Shown here: in pieces, positions 61,877 to 64,000 of the stretch
Layout of the letters: every line of letters starts with the position of its first letter
How positions within the stretch are numbered: the first letter of the stretch is position 1
Source: an uncultured Candidatus Binatia bacterium
GTDB lineage: Bacteria > Desulfobacterota > Binatia > Bin18
DNA: 64,000 nt
Assembly: GCA_965214605.1 (NCBI GenBank)
Contig: OZ243961.1
Span: forward strand, 2,176,001 to 2,240,000
Reading direction: 5' to 3'
The notes under the pieces: generated by a model
Seen by the model: only the letters and a program-made list of their open reading frames with translations
Told to the model about the DNA's origin: nothing
Database searches by the model: none
Made by a program: the position numbers and the translations under genes

Positions 61877-62776
61877 CTATCTCGATGTGAGTCCAACCTC
61901 CCTGGCAAAACGTTCCATCAGCCTCAGGACCCCGTCAAATTGATCGGTCCAGGCGAAGAATGCCAGGACGACGTGATTCAGACCATTCGCCTCATAACGC
62001 GGCAGGGCTACGAGCACGTCTTCAAAGCTGCGTTCGTATGAGAGCGCGGCATAAGTCAGTGAGTCGGGATCGCGGCCAGCCTGCTCGGCGAGCCGTTTGA
62101 TTGACACAATATCCTTGGCAAAGCCGTCTGGGTCGCGCCAAAACACGTGGCCATACCAACCATCACCGAGCGTGGCGGTGCGCCGCAGGGCGCGCTTGCT
62201 GTGACCGCCGATCCAGATCGGCGGATGCGGTTTTTGGACCGGTTTGGGCGCGCAAACAATGTCCGAGAATTTTTCGTAACGTCCGTCGAACCGAGCTTGG
62301 TCTTGGGTCCACAGCGCTTTCATGACCTGCAAATATTCATCGGTCTGGTCTCCGCGCTGGTGGTAGGGGGCATGCAGTACCTCAAATTCCTCTTGCAGCC
62401 ACCCCGAGCCACCGCCGAGTATCACCCGACCGTGCGACAAGACATCCATGCTAGCGACCATCTTGGCAGTCACGACCGGACTCCGATATGGCACAATCAG
62501 TACCCCGGTGCCCAGCCGGATGGTCGTGGTACAGGCGGCGACATAGCTCAGGACGGTCAGGGGATCGAGAAAGTTATCGTTGCTATCAACCGGGAATTTC
62601 CCTTCCGGGTGATACGGATACTTGGACTGGAGCTGAGCTGGAAATACCACGTGATCGCCGACCCAGACCGAGTGATAACCCAGCGCATCTGCCCGCTGGG
62701 CGACAGCCTGAATCCGCTCAGCCACCTGCTCGCGGGCAAATGCGCCAATGTGGGGAAGCACAACGCCGAATTCCAT
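61877..62776 (-). CDS. LLM-class (probably F420-dependent) oxidoreductase
   Basis: GYHSVWVGDHV, IRLGTGVL, GRVILG, PKPVQKPHPPIWIGG. Confidence 0.9.
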   Translation of the reverse strand: MEFGVVLPHIGAFAREQVAERIQAVAQRADALGYHSVWVGDHVVFPAQLQSKYPYHPEGKFPVDSNDNFLDPLTVLSYVAACTTTIRLGTGVLIVPYRSPVVTAKMVASMDVLSHGRVILGGGSGWLQEEFEVLHAPYHQRGDQTDEYLQVMKALWTQDQARFDGRYEKFSDIVCAPKPVQKPHPPIWIGGHSKRALRRTATLGDGWYGHVFWRDPDGFAKDIVSIKRLAEQAGRDPDSLTYAALSYERSFEDVLVALPRYEANGLNHVVLAFFAWTDQFDGVLRLMERFAREVGLTSR

Positions 62777-62907
62777 GAGCCCTCCTTACTGTGTCAGCCT
62801 CCAAAACGCGGGCCATTCTTCTCAGCGTCTTGCCACGTTTTGCCCAAAAAGCCAAGATCTGTTCGCTGGCAGAGCGGAAGACTTGAGCCGCTCGGGATGG
62901 GACGCGA

Positions 62908-63412
62908 TTGACAGGGTTACAGAGAAAAACCTGCGTCTTGTGGACGCGGTCGGTGTGTGGTGCGCCTTGGGCTACGCTATCCTGGCCGCGCTGGTCCCCG
63001 ACAACCCGGCGAGCCTCAGCTGCCCGCCTTCGGCGTCCTCGTCATCTGGAGCGGCCTGCCGGTCTTCAGCCTGTATCTATACAACCACGACACATCTTTC
63101 CCTGTCGGTCGGATGCTGTTCTGGGCGGTGGTGTTTAGGATGTGTGGGCTGATCGGCGGACCGTTCTTTGAGGACGACTTTTATCGCTACCTCCGGCTCT
63201 CCTTTGCAACGGCCGGTACGCCTTACGGTAACCGGGCTCAATATGAACGACACCAGCCTGCAAGCCTACCAACAGCCGATGTGGGCGCGGCTTGTGGAGT
63301 TCGGTATGATCCTGCTAGCGCTAGCTTGGCCGCTATTCAGACCCCGCCCCATGGACACTGCACCCCGCCCGGTCCCCGAGAGACGCGACCTGTCGTATCA
63401 ATCACAACCTAA
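62908..63412 (+). pseudogene. Fragment of a membrane glycosyltransferase-like (GT87/DUF2029-like) gene
   Basis: Hydrophobic segments and PFFEDDFYRYL...G.PY motif, frameshifted and internally deleted. Confidence 0.5.
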
Positions 63413-64000
63413 GGAGAAATATGCAGTCTATCCAGATCAAGAAGTGCGTCAAATGCGCAAGGATCCGTCATTCGCGCTTAGAAGAGGTCGCAAGAATAAC
63501 TGAGCGATACACTGAAAACATGGGAGCCCACGGTATTCTCCGGTCTCCAATGCCCGAGGTTCGCCTGATCCGACACGGCACAGTGACTCCACGCCACTCA
63601 GTTCTCCCCGAACTTCAGGAATACGGTCGGGGGAAAATCCGGGTTTACCCACGCTTATCTCCATTGGACGCCAGGACTCCCTGATGATAAGGCCTCGATG
63701 TGCTCATCGTCCGGCGTACCCGGTTTGGTCGGTGTGTCCCGGACTTCGATATTGTTTTTCAGACTCTGAACACGGACCCTGTCCAATTCGCCCCTCTGGA
63801 TAGAGCAGGCGACGCAGACGATCTTTTTGAATACGAGGGTTTTGCCCTGCGTATAGGCCCCCTAAAGCAGCGACCCGACGAAAGAGAACCGGAGATGAAC
63901 GCTGCCGGCATGAAGCGGTCGATGACGACCAAGGCGAGCAAACCGACTAGCTGTTTCATTCTTCCCCTTTCCCCTCACAGAACCGTTGCATACCCACGCC

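Overview
GC-rich bacterial chromosomal window. Gene content suggests a deltaproteobacteria-like or Binatia-like organism, but that is inference only. The two flanks are core or metabolic. The left flank carries an ICL/PEP-mutase, hydrolases, a PagL-like barrel, a JAB peptidase, an O-methyltransferase, a methylmalonyl-CoA mutase large subunit and a moxR-DUF58-batABCD operon. The right flank carries a xanthine-dehydrogenase-family Mo enzyme, lysA-batE, an acyl-CoA dehydrogenase-like gene and an LLM oxidoreductase. Between them is an accessory region of about 32 kb (~21-53 kb) with three parts: (i) a tightly coupled operon CP-ATP-grasp / alpha-E / anti-sigma kinase / STAS / REC-PP2C / periplasmic binding protein / sensor kinase; (ii) an orphan Co-type nitrile hydratase alpha subunit fused to an accessory-protein-like domain; (iii) a heavily decayed integrated mobilizable element or defence island (RepA, ParA x2, MobC, relaxase, oriT, Tn3 remnants, HigBA duplicates, PaeR7I-type R-M, an Mrr-like pair). 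Inside the decayed island one locus stays fully intact: a VapB-like antitoxin, then a 778-aa protein (PIN nuclease + unknown region + Ig-like domain + C-terminal domain resembling archaeal/eukaryotic ribosomal protein eL13), then a translationally coupled 1410-aa DEAH/DUF1998 helicase. This is the best candidate for an undescribed (probably anti-phage) system. No rRNA, tRNA or bona fide CRISPR array was recognised. All family calls come from motif recognition by eye; no database search was run.
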